From positions 2,852,001 to 2,916,000 of the forward strand of contig CATNEN010000039.1 of assembly GCA_950097015.1 (NCBI GenBank): 64,000 bases of DNA, written 5' to 3'. The notes under the pieces are model-generated. The model had not been told where the DNA came from and made no database searches. It was given only the letters and a program-made list of their open reading frames with translations. The stretch is from Macrostomum hystrix (lineage: Eukaryota > Animalia > Platyhelminthes). How positions within the stretch are numbered: the first letter of the stretch is position 1; each line of letters begins with the position of its first letter. A program made the position numbers and the translations under genes. This document shows, in pieces, positions 52,254 to 64,000 of this stretch.

Positions 52254-53642
52254 TCCTAAGTGAATGTAGTCGTCCTAGGCGACTCAGAAGTCGCAACTAC
52301 TTAGCGATTCGGCGAAGTCAATGCTTCGGACTCGGGTCCGGGTCGGTGGTCGGGACTTAAGATTACGTTAGCAAAGCAGGGTTGTCTCAGACTTGCGTCT
52401 GTGCACGATTTAAAAGTTCTCTTCACAAACTTCCGAATTCACATTGGCTTTAAGCTAGAAACGAGCTAGCCAGCCCATTAGGGCTTGTCACGGAATGAGA
52501 TACGTGGACATTGGACAATAATACTGTGTACTGAATATTATTTAGGATTTTGCATGTTACATTTCAATAATACACCGTTACAAGCGTCAGTTGGTCGTGT
52601 TCCGTGTAGTCAGTCTTTAAGTTCAAGCTTTCAAGGCTCCAGGACGAGGCGAGACTTCAGAGTCGAGCTGACATGGAGGAGCTGAAACTCGGGGATGGAA
52701 AAGTTATAATACTAAGTCAGAGTAGCATATTGCGAGTTTCCATGTTTTCCCAAACCATTTTAAGGGCCCATTCGGGGGTTCAGTGCTTTGCTAGCTAGGC
52801 GGCCCCATGCTTTATATGCAGGAAAAATGATTCTCTCCAAGCCTAGGTGGGCTTCCAGCACGACCAAAGCATATAGCTTTGTTAGCCTGACACGGGAAAT
52901 GATAAGGCATTCAATTCTAGCCCGTGGAGCTTAGATCAATAACGACATTCACTTCACAGAATGTGCAGATTCTAAATGTATCAGGTTTTTCGGGACATTT
53001 TCTTAAATATCTCAAGAAGCTTTGCATCAACAAAAAATATTTTTTAGAAAATTAAGGATTTGAGGATATACTACCGATCTCATGAAGAAAGTATAAATAA
53101 GAACGATTACATAAGATAATATAAAGACTTTTGTAAATGTTGTACAATGGGATTTTGCAAGACGGATTTTTGGAGTTTCTCTAATGGTTAGGACCCAGCT
53201 CACCGCGAAAATTTTCACCCTCCACATTGTGTGCAACTTCGTAAAGTAGATCCAGACAATTATTGTCTTTAAGCATTCCTGTGATCATTATTGAAAATTA
53301 AAATTAAATCTATCAATACAATTGTTTGGACATCATATATATAAAATAAAAAGAATAAGCTTGGCTAAAAAAATCAAATTTACTATTTCACTGCTAATCT
53401 TGTGGAATAATATCAGATGCGTTTCAGTTGAATTTACGTCCTGGCTAGGAGAGACGAGGCGAATTTGCGCTATGACTTGCCCAAGTCCCGATCGTTCCAT
53501 TGCCTTCTATGCAAGAGAAGAACACAGAATATTCTCCTCCCATACTGCCTTTGCTTCTGGTGACTGTTGAATTTCGCTTGTCTGTTAATATGTTATCACG
53601 TGTGCGCGCGTAAAACTTAGATTTTGAGAAACACTTTGTGGG

Positions 53643-56600
53643 ATGTGGTCGCCGTCAGGCCCTCAGCCTAGGTAAGTCGTATTGGTCTCATGAATTAGTT
53701 CTTTAGTTAGAACTTAGCTGAAGTTCTTCGATGTTAGACTACGTAGTCAAATCTTCATCTAACTTAGATAAGCCCTATATTTAAATATCTTTCAGGATTT
53801 TAGATCTTGGCATCCATAGTATAGGCCTTAGACATGTATATTATTATTGTCCTGTATATTAAATGCTTTTGTGTCCTACAGTTTATTTTCACCAATTTAG
53901 AAGTTCTGTAGACTCAGAGGCAACTAGCTTGGCTCATTGCAGTGATACTGATAGCACATATTGTCTTACTCTGGGGCCATAGGCCCTATTTAGTCAATAA
54001 TTATCTTCTAGAATCTAGACAAAGCAAGCCTGGTCAATTTAAAATTACTAAGCATGGTATGCCAGTAGCCAGTACTAGGCTAATGAATAGATCTATATAG
54101 ACCTATATATATAAATATATGTATTTTTTGTCTAAGTTTGTGTAAATGAATTAATAGAATTTAATTAACATGTTACATAGTATATAGAGGCATTGAAATA
54201 AAATAATCATTTGATTCAAATCATTAAAACAATCTTAAAATTGAACCAAGGTAAGCATGCTAGAATTTGATGATAGACAGACAGTCTAGCTAGCAATATC
54301 CTACATTTTATTTCTAAATTAGGTTGTTTCTATCATTGAGCTAGCTATCTAAATTTATATAATTGTGATTCTAAATATTTTTCTTAGACTTAGGTTTAAT
54401 CACATGCTATAGCCCATAAGGTGGGTATACCTTTAATAGGTTCTAGCATATACTTAAGCAAACTTTTTGAGTGTTTGTGTATAAATAAAAAATAAATAAG
54501 TTTAGTTTGGTGTTCACTATGGCCAATGCTATGATTGAGACTATGAATTACATTATTTGTAATTATCTAGCTATAGTTCTTCTAGATATTTTCATATAGT
54601 TCTTATAAATTCATTTAGCTAAAACTGCTATATGTCTATTGTTAGTCATGCTTAGGCCCTAGAATCAACTAATCAACTATGAATTGATTAATGTTAAGAC
54701 CATATGACACAACTCATTCTATGTATCAAGAGACTTTGTGTCATTGGGAATGACATGTTAATACTTGTATCAAGGTCCAAAGATACTTAAAACTCTGAGA
54801 GTGTTGAACTTGCCATATACTTATTACTTAGATATACAGATAAAATTTGGTCTCTTGCCTAAAATGTCACTTTCAACTTTGCTGAATGTCCTAAATATAG
54901 TTTTCAAACTTGTTTATAGTTAGCAATATGCTTGTAGAAGTTGTAGTTTAAGATATTTCTTACCAATTTTTTAAGCTTTTGAACCATTTTGGTTTTGCTT
55001 TACTAGCTATAGCTAAAGGATTCATGATTATTAAATGTTTATGAGTAAAAATTATTTGCTAGATGGCAAAAAATTATAGCCTTGGCCTAAAGCATATCTA
55101 TAAAAATGTAATAGCTAGCACTCTCCTCATTAGCTATACTGATGAGGATCATGTCATTGTTAGTTATGGTTTTCATTGTGCATTTTAGTGATGAATATAA
55201 AACTTACCATGTGCATTTTTATTACATTTTGATTGTCTTTAAAAGGCACATAATGGTGAATCAACCATCTAATTTCACTTAGTATTAATAGCATATACTC
55301 AATTTTTTATTTTGGGAAAGCTAGCTAATTTTTATCTAACTGATCTTAACCATTTCTCTTCAGATTACTTTTGGGCAATTTTAAGAAAAAAAGTATACAA
55401 AAGAAAGCAGAAACAATTTATTTATTTATTTTTATATTGATTATTACATATTGGTTTTGATTGGTGCAAAAAGAATATTAATACATAAATAAAATATCTG
55501 AATTTTTAACAATAGATCACTGAATTGTCAACTTAACTAGAGCTCTATTTTATAAATAATAAATTTTTTAGTTTTTAACAACTTTTTGTTTTATTTTAGG
55601 ATTATTGAGCATTATATTGGGCTAAAGTTTTGTACTTATTAGATTTAAAAAATCTGCTTGAAAAAACACATTATAATAGTTTAAGTTGTATATTATTTTT
55701 TGATTTGTCAGAATCGGTATAATATTGTTTACTCTTTGAACTCTGTTACACAGAGGAACAAAAAACAGAACAAGAAATGCCAAATTAAAAAATATATACA
55801 TAAGTATCCTTAAACTAGGACAGACTTACTAAGGTCATAAAAGTAAAAATAAATATTTTAAGACTAAATTGAAGAGCATAAATTACATTTTCTAACTATA
55901 AAATTTCAAGTATAAATGTTTTTGGGTATTATTTTTAGCTATCTATAATAAGCCTACAAGGTTTTTATCCTATTTAGACTAGTGTTATATTTTAGAAACC
56001 ACAATTGACAACCTTAGTTTTATTCCCACAAAAATAATGCTGAAAAAAAGAATGCCAACAAAACATCCATGGAGCAAATTAAATACCCACAAAAAGACTG
56101 ATCAAAATGGCCCCTACATATCAACTGCTTCAATTTCACTGCTAAGAATAGTTTGATAGAAATGATCATTCAGTAAGCTATCAAGTTAATAAGTTGTAAG
56201 GTGTATAGTAGCAATGCTCTACTTTAACTTGACAACTGAGAAGTGGCAGTCTTTTTGTCAGCTGTGTGTTTTTGTGGCAGAAAATTGTTGTAGACTGCTA
56301 TATATTACTTAAGTAAAAAAATGGATGTAAGCTAGCACTCTTCAAGAAGGATAATTACTATAAAATCATCTTACTATCTTTAATCAACCATGACAATGTA
56401 AGTGATAAAAGTGTACCATGTTCCTTGCTTTCTGGTTGAGAACAGGCTAAGTTATTAGGGAAGACATTATGGCAATGAAGGTTACCAAATAATATCTAGG
56501 AGAATTACAGGGCAAACTGTTTGTCTGGTCAAAGGGAATAATTAAACGATCCCTCCCCAATGTACGAGTTCGTGGCCTGTCCATTTGTGCTCTGTCATGC

Positions 56601-59600
56601 AACATGACCCGTTGCAATTACTGCCCTCACAAGCCAGGAAGATTGCCACATAGTAAATAAATAAAAGGCATTCTATTTTTGGCTACAAAATGCAAAGAAA
56701 TCGTTCCAGGGAAGTCCCCAGTCTTCGTACTTCACATAATTTAAGATTGTAAAGTGGGGCAGAAAAGGAAAGAGTAGACTGACTGCATCAGATGGGGCGC
56801 GGAATTTAGTAGCGACGATTTGACCCTGAATATGCAGACTAGAGCCTCACTAACTGGGGATGCCAGTGGGGAAGAGGGAAATTAATTGTCAGAATGGGTA
56901 TGAGGGGAATGAAGAGGAGCTACGCGGATCAGCGGGGAGCTGCGGCTCTGGGTTGCCCCGCTGCTTAATCAGCCGTAAATCTCCTTTCCCTCCTTTCTGA
57001 CCCACCCTACTCAGGGCACTGCCACTTCGCTCAATCTTTTAGGCGTGCTATTTTTTGTCGAACATTAGCAGCAGCATGTTCGCTCACCAACCCTCCATTG
57101 TCCGTTTTTTAGGCCAAGAGGGATTCATCCAATGCCTCAAGGCCAGCCACCGCCACCGCCAACGCCTCCGCACGGTCAGCAACCGCAGCAGCCGCAACAG
57201 CAGCAGCAGCCGCAAGTCCAGCAGCAGCAACCGCCATCACAGTCGCAGCAACTGCCTCCGCCTCCGCTGCCGCCGCCACCGCAGCAGCAGCCGCAGCAGC
57301 ACAACCCGTATGGGGCAGCACCACCAGGCTCCTACCCGCCTAGCCCCTATCCGCCCTATCCTAGGGGCGGCTATCCTCCTCATCCAGGCTATCCGGGCCC
57401 GCCCGGCGGCGGCTATCCGCCAATGCAAAGTCCCTATCCGGCCCGGCCGATGTATCATCGGCCGCAGATGCCGCCGCACATGCAGCAATCTATGCCAATG
57501 CCGCCGCCGCATTCGCAGCAGTTGCCGCCGCCTTTACCGCCACCGCCTCCTCCACCGCCTCAGCAAGCATCAGCGTCGGCTTCCGTGGCTGTGTCCGCCG
57601 GGCCTTCGTCTGGGACTTTAACTGGGAAAGCTTCAGGGTCTACGCCAGCGACATCAGCCTCCGCATCATCTGGCGGCCCTCCCACGCTTGAGCCGCAGAC
57701 AACTAGCCTGACAAACGGCTCCGGCAGCGGCAGCAGCAATAACAGCTCCTCATCTGGTGTTGGCGCCAGCGTCAGCAGCGCCAGCGGCGGTGGCGGCGCT
57801 ACTACCGGAGCTACCGGCGTTGTCGCTGGGGCCTACATTGCGAGCCCGATATCGTCGGCCAAGGACGGCGACTCCAGCACAATACCGCCCGGCTCCCCGG
57901 CGTCAACCAGCTTTCAGGACGACGAGAATTCCATGATTTCCTCGCCCAGTACGCCGGCCTTGCCACCTAATTTTAATAGCAACGCGGCTAGCCACGGCGG
58001 CGGCAGTGTTTCCTGCAGCACCACCAGCCTGCACAAGCTGTTTGAGCTTGGCTCAGAGCCTGATCGTCGGCAGTGGGTTGAGCGCTACCTGCAGTTCATG
58101 GAGGAGCGCGGCAAGCCGCTAACTAATCTGCCCCAGGTTGCCAAGCAACCGCTAGATCTCTACCGACTGTACGCTGGTGTACGGGAACGCGGCGGCGTGC
58201 TGGAAGTTGTCAAATCGAAGAAGTGGAAGGAGGTGTCGCAGTTTATTCACATTAACGCCTCAGCCAGTGCTGCCTACACGCTTCGCCGCAACTACACCAA
58301 GTACCTGATCGACTTTGAGTACCACTTCGATCGGGACGGCTGCGATCCGCGCCCTATTGTGGCCGAGATCGAGGCCATGACCAAGAAAAAGACTGGGCCG
58401 GCTGGTACTCCAGGAACCAACGCCGCTGGTGGCAAGGCCTCCATGCTGAAAGGCCCGGATGTGGCGTCGATGAAGAGTGAAGACAGCTCTAACCAGAGTG
58501 GCGGCCGGGGTACCCCTGCCACGCCGAACCCGGCAATGATGAACGGTGGCGGCCCTGTACAAATGCAGCCGCACGGAATGCAGCATCCCCAACACCAACA
58601 CCAACACCATCCTCCGGGCATGCCCAACGGCATGATTGGTGGTCCTCCGCCGGAGCACATGTACCCGCATCACATGCACCACCAGCATGCGCCACCGCCC
58701 CCTCCGCATCACCATCATCACCCAATGTCAAACGGAGGTCCTGTTGGCATGCCATCGTATCCGCATCATCCGCAGCAGCCGCCGCCGCCTCACTATCACC
58801 CAGGCTACCAAAATCCGCACAACTACCCGGCCAACGGACCAGGCTACACCATGCACCACATGCCGCCATGGCAGCAGAGGCCGCCGCTGCCTCCGCCGCC
58901 GGCTACATCGTCTGCTGCCCCAGGGGCTATGGGTCCGATGCCGCCGCATTCGCATCAGCACCTGCCGCCGCCGCCTCCTCCGCCACCTCTTCCTCCACCG
59001 CCGCCGCAGTCCGACAGCAACAGCCATTCATCGGCCGCGCCCACTGCTGTCGTCACTTCGACCGTGGCGTCATTGAGTGGCGGCCGAGCAATAGACGGCG
59101 GACAGCAGCAGCCTTTCAGCGGAAGCAGCGGTGGCTGCAATTCTTCGCATCAGCTAACTAAACTCGAACACATGGTCAGCAGCCATCAGCCTCCGCCGCA
59201 GTCGCCTCAATCTTCTGTTGGTCGCCTTCTTGGCCGTGGCAGTCAGCAGCCGCAACAGCAGCAGCAAATGCGGTCCAGTGGCCCTCAGCCTCCAATGCCG
59301 CATCATCATCCTATGGGGCCGCCGTCGCAGCATCTACCCCCTCCGCCGTCGCATCAGTATGCCGGCCACATGGGCCCACCGTCCTCTCAGCATCATCATC
59401 AGCCTTACACGCCATATCATCAACAACCGCCGCATCATCCGGGTTCTCACCCACATCACCAGCACCATCCTATGGGCCTGCAGCATCATCATCACCCGCA
59501 TCAGCAGCAACACCACCAGCACCTGATGCAGCATCGCCAGCTTCCTCCACTAGATCCTAAAACTGTGGAAGGGATCGAGCCCCGTGTGAAGCATCGGCCC

Positions 59601-61803
59601 CTGACGCAGAAGGAGGTCGGTGGGCCTGTCGATATCTGGCGCGTACTCATGGCTCTGCGCTCCGGCCTATTATCCGAAGTCACCTGGGCGCTGAATGTGC
59701 TCAACGTGCTGCTGGCTGACAATGGCACCTGCGACATGTTCGGCCTGCCCCGCCTAGCCGGCCTTTTCGATGCGTTAGTCGATGTTTGGCGCCGCCTCCT
59801 CCTGGATCTGCATGCCGGTGAAGCCACCGACGAGAATCGCAATCTACTCAGACTTGAAACCGACGAGCTGCAGCGGCCCGCCGACCGAGCCAGCGGCGTC
59901 TGTCTGTCTAGCCGACACGTCAAGTCCTGCCTGCGATGGCCGCGGAAGCGAAAGTTATCCGGCAGCGGCGATGCAGCCCACCCGCCTCCTTTCGCGGCTC
60001 CTTCGACGGCTGCCGACGTCGACTCCGACTGTCCGGCGCCGCCGACTGCACCTCTTCCTGCGCCGCCACAGCCCACCGTGTTTGTTAACGAGTCTGAGGA
60101 AGATCGCAACCAGCTCAAACTACGCTGTCGAGCAGTGCTCAACGTCATCCGATCTTTGTCCTTCCTGCCTATCAATGAGTCGGTTATTGGTCAGTCTTAA
60201 TTGCTTTTAATATCTGTTTATCTGATTTAAATTATTGCGGAACTTTAAATATTCCACCGGGGATTCCATAATTCTTATCAATCCTTCGCACCCGTCTCAT
60301 CAAGGCAACCACTCTGGCTTCCTGCGCATTGCCGCCACCATGTTGAACACGCGCGGCGAGGCGCTCATGTACGATGTGGACGACCTGCTGGTCATCCTGT
60401 CTAACGTTGCTGGCCATGTGGCCCTGGAGCGACTGTCCGAATGCGTATGCCGGCCGCTGGTCTCCGTGCTAATCAGCCGGCTGCACGAGGACGCCTGGTT
60501 CGGCCTGGCGTGCGAGACCCTAGCCAAGATGTGCGTCCGGCCTGAGAACATCGACCTGGTGTTGGCCACGCCGGATCGGGCACAGCTGCGTGACACCCTC
60601 GAACTGCTCTGCGGCAAGCTCAGGCAGCGGGATCAGGTGCGACCTGCGCTGCCATTTTTTACCTATAGCTGATGCGAGTCCCTAATCCTTTGATCCTGAT
60701 CCACATAAAATGCTGGTTGCCCTACACCGAGAACATTCTGTGCCCTCCCACCCGGCTCAAGAGCGAAATGAAAAGAATAATGTTAATCCGACAGAAAATT
60801 TCCCGCTTATTATATTTTTGTAATGACTACTCGGCTGCGCCTGTATAGTGCGAGACAAGTAGCGATGCAGAGAGATTCGCGAAACAACTGCGCAGCCGCC
60901 TTCAGCCTAGACCAGTCCGTGAGCTTATTTTACGAAGCGTTTTGTGTAAAGCAAAATGAGAAAAATGTCACATTTTCGACTGCAAAAATTTGCGTTTTCT
61001 CAGTTTTTTTCGACGTTAAAGTCGCAAAATTATGCTTAGGGACAGAGAAACTGCTGCGGAAATACTAATACGGCAAGATAAGGCCCGCCCGCCTTAAGGA
61101 AGATAATTGGCGGCATCCGCGGCGCTCATTTCCCCCAATCTCCCACCTATTATTCACCCTGGGCTGAAATGCTCCGCCCTTTCTGCTTTCACGCCTTCCC
61201 CTCCGCTCGGCTCGCCTGCAAAAGACTTCAATTCTTCTGGAACATTCTGGATTTGTATTTCATTCTTAGAATTGAGTCGATCAAATTGACTGAATCAATC
61301 AAGCAGCCCTATTGCAATTAGAGATAAGCCATAAGTAAAGATCTTCAACTTTTTTCTCACCTGTCCGCCAGGTGCAACGCGAGCTCTCTCTGGCCCTGCT
61401 GGTTTACATGCTGGCGCACAGCGACGACTGGTCCGTCTGCGAGCTGGCAGCTCAGTGCAGTCCAGGCCCCGTACGGCCCATCCTCGACTTCCTGGAGCAG
61501 GTTGAGAGCCAGGCCGTGCACATCTGCCAGCAGTACGGAGTCCAGGCCCTGGCCGAGAACCCGGACCTGTTGCGCCAGGCGCCCGGCGTTGTGTCGCTTG
61601 ACCTGCTGCAGCGGGCCGTGCTCTCCCTCCGCTGCATCATGGAGCGAGGCGGCGAGCCTGCGCTAGCCAGCTTCGCCAGGGAGGAGGACCGCCTGCTGAT
61701 GCTGTGCATGAGCTCCGTGCTGCAGCCGTCACTCACCGAGCCGCTGGCGGAGTGCCTTCGCCGGCTGTCCTGTCCAGACAATCAGCTGCTGGGGCTGGCA
61801 TGA
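53643..61803 (+). CDS. ARID1: AT-rich interactive domain protein 1 (ARID1A/B, osa; BAF250 subunit of SWI/SNF), 4 coding exons, ~1289 aa
   Basis: Exons 53643-53671 (ATG...CCTAG|GTAAGT, phase 2, inferred), 57113-60189, 60305-60636, 61372-61803. ARID domain (LFELGSEPDRRQWVERYLQFMEERG...PLDLYRLY...SAAYTLRRNYTKYL). BAF250_C motifs WRVLMALRSGLLSEVTWALNVL, NVIRSLSFLPIN, LACETLAKMCVRPENIDLVLATP. Confidence 0.94.
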
Positions 61804-64000
61804 GGCCGCCTCTTCTGCCCGCCTCACCGCCCTCTGCATGTCCCGCTTGATTCACACTGTCAGTCAGTCCCGTCTGTCACACCCACTTACACAACTGGCA
61901 CCTGCAACTGTGCGTACAGTGTACTGTTTCATATTTTAATTATTGAGTCCGTCTTTGTGTCTCTCTGTGTGTCAATGGACTTGCATTGTGTTCACATTTA
62001 AATCCGCACAGGTTTAAACACTATCTGCTTACGGTGTGTACTAAATTATCTTTTTTATAAGTTTGCTGTTTTTTTCGCTTGCTGGTTTTTTTGTACTTCA
62101 TTACTGTACTTTACTGTCGCTTCAATTATATGTTTGATTGTTATTCGAGTCCCGATTCTGCGGTGTAAAAATATTTAATTTTAGCCCCCCTTTTAAGAAC
62201 TTTTCGGATTTCCTGCAACGCCCGCAAATTCTCCCATGTGAATGCAGAATACAGTCCGTCTGTCTGTAAATTTCTGTTGCTTTTTTTCCTAAATCATAAT
62301 AAGAATCAGTTGTGTAACCTGATTGTTGTATGATCCCTGTGCCCCTCTGCTCAGCTCCTGTTGAGTTATTTAGTTCTTTAAATGAAGAATCTAGTTTTTT
62401 TCTGAACGCTTTTGTGTTAGCAAAATTAGTACTGTTATATCCGGGGACACATTAGTACAGCAGCACTATTGGCTCCATCAAGCATTGTATTTGACAATAT
62501 AAATTGCCTGCTTTATATGTATCGCAATAAGTCACTAAACTGGTAGGTAATGCTGTTATTATTGTTTTTAACTAATTTCTGACCGCACGCGCTCGCAACA
62601 CCTGCGCTATTAATAAACTGTCGCCTATTCCCTGTCTCACTCTCAGTGTCTGCTGCACTATTTCGGCCTTCCCTCCCTCAAATATCGCTACACCCAAATA
62701 ACACGCCGGGGTATTTGCCACCTTCCGCTCTCTCCGGCCTCTTATCGTTTGCACTTTGCTGCCTTGAGATACTCTTCTGCTTTTTGCTTGCGTGGGAGGG
62801 CCGGACAGCGACTCCTCTCTCCTTACTGCTGGCTTCTATAATGCCCCGCCTGTTCACTTGTCCGCTATTCTTTGCCCGCCACAGCAACCTAAACCAAACT
62901 CCTCCCTCACCCGTCTGGAGATTAAAGGAAGAGGGAAAACACACAGACGCATGCGTGGCTGGGTGAAAAGTACTTTCTGTCCTCGCTGGCCTGGTTTCCT
63001 CGCTTTATATATTTAACTGGCAAGAGTGCAGCCTCAGTGTATGTTTATTAAAGCACAGCCGACCCTGTCAATGCCGAGCCCGCGCTCGATCGCCTCCCCG
63101 ATTCTCCCCGGAAAAGGACAAGTGGAGTCAATGCAGGTCAGGGCGAGTGAACACTACCATTTAATAGTGTAGGCCTGCCACAGTCGCTGCGCCAGTTTGT
63201 TTGCTTGAGCTATAAAATTCTACCAATTTTTAATTACTAATTTAAATTCTATGCATAATCCTGTCGAACAAAATTCTCGCAGCGTATGCGTACAGCCCTA
63301 CTGAGTCAGTAGTGCGGCGAGTACAATAGCCCCAAAGTCTGGTATTTTCGCGCTCCTATCGTCCTAGAGACTTCGGCTTTCCTTGCCAATAATTTTACAC
63401 TGCCCAAGCTAGCACGCGCTGTTGTTACTACGGTACAGTCAGTTTTGTGCTGCATTTTGCCTCTGCCCACTTTCAACTTCGGTGTCTCTTCTAAATAAAA
63501 CGCGTGCAACTTGCTGTTTTCCTCTCTCAGTTCTGTTATTTCCGGGCTCTGTCAAGCATTGCGCTGTTCCGATTCATGAATTCTATCTTCGCTTATTTTT
63601 AACTTGTTCGAGCACGGTGTTGCGGTTTTAATGGGCCGGCGCCTTCGCCACCATCTTGTGTTAGCTTTAGTTTGCTTGCTATACGTGAATTTTTTTTAAA
63701 TTATTGTAGGCGTTATTAATGTTGCATTTTCGAGCATCCTGTTCATTATGGTTTGTTTGCGCGTCATGTTTGTAACCCTGGCGCACTTGTATTTGTTTCT
63801 AACTGGTCTTTTCATAGCTGTTCTCCCCCCGGCCGCGGCGGCCTCTTAACAAGATGAGTCGCTGCTTTCATGTTTCATTCTGTTTCTCCGTCTGTCTGTT
63901 TCAAAGTGTTGTTTGGCAAAGTTTACGTGTGTAAAGAATAAATTATTACTGCACTGGGATCCATCCGCAGTGAATATACTCAATACTCGCTGCTTGTTTG

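Noticed and set aside
57055-60210. Overlapping Arg-rich alternative-frame and antisense ORFs over ARID1 (and similarly over DYRK1 exons)
   Set aside because: Expected shadow ORFs of GC-rich, low-complexity coding sequence.

Overview
Eukaryotic (animal) genomic DNA with GT-AG spliced genes, GC-rich exons full of polyQ/polyP/polyA tracts and introns packed with minisatellites. This style is reminiscent of a free-living flatworm such as Macrostomum, but the species is inferred, not shown. Gene models built by hand from splice sites and codon phase: a partial MARVEL-like membrane gene (-), an intronless RING-less TRAF-like gene (+), a 7-exon porphobilinogen synthase ALAD (-, 336 aa), a 3-exon dienelactone hydrolase/CMBL-like gene (+, 259 aa), a 4-exon DYRK1/minibrain kinase (+, ~833 aa), a 5-exon calmodulin-like EF-hand gene (+, 184 aa) and a 4-exon ARID1/osa gene (+, ~1289 aa). 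Mobile DNA: one apparently intact DD34D mariner, two defective mariners, a deleted Tc1 (DD34E), two copies of a non-autonomous hAT element, tRNA-derived SINE relics and a possible solo LTR. About 16 minisatellite arrays with units of 12-54 bp (roughly 14 kb) lie in the first 44 kb, mostly close to exon boundaries. Main leads: exon-hugging arrays that contain splice-like signals, a hAT MITE that appears to seed minisatellites, an HCD-to-HSD change in DYRK1, and a TGTCTATGG motif shared by three different mariners. No CRISPR array or prokaryotic system is supported.
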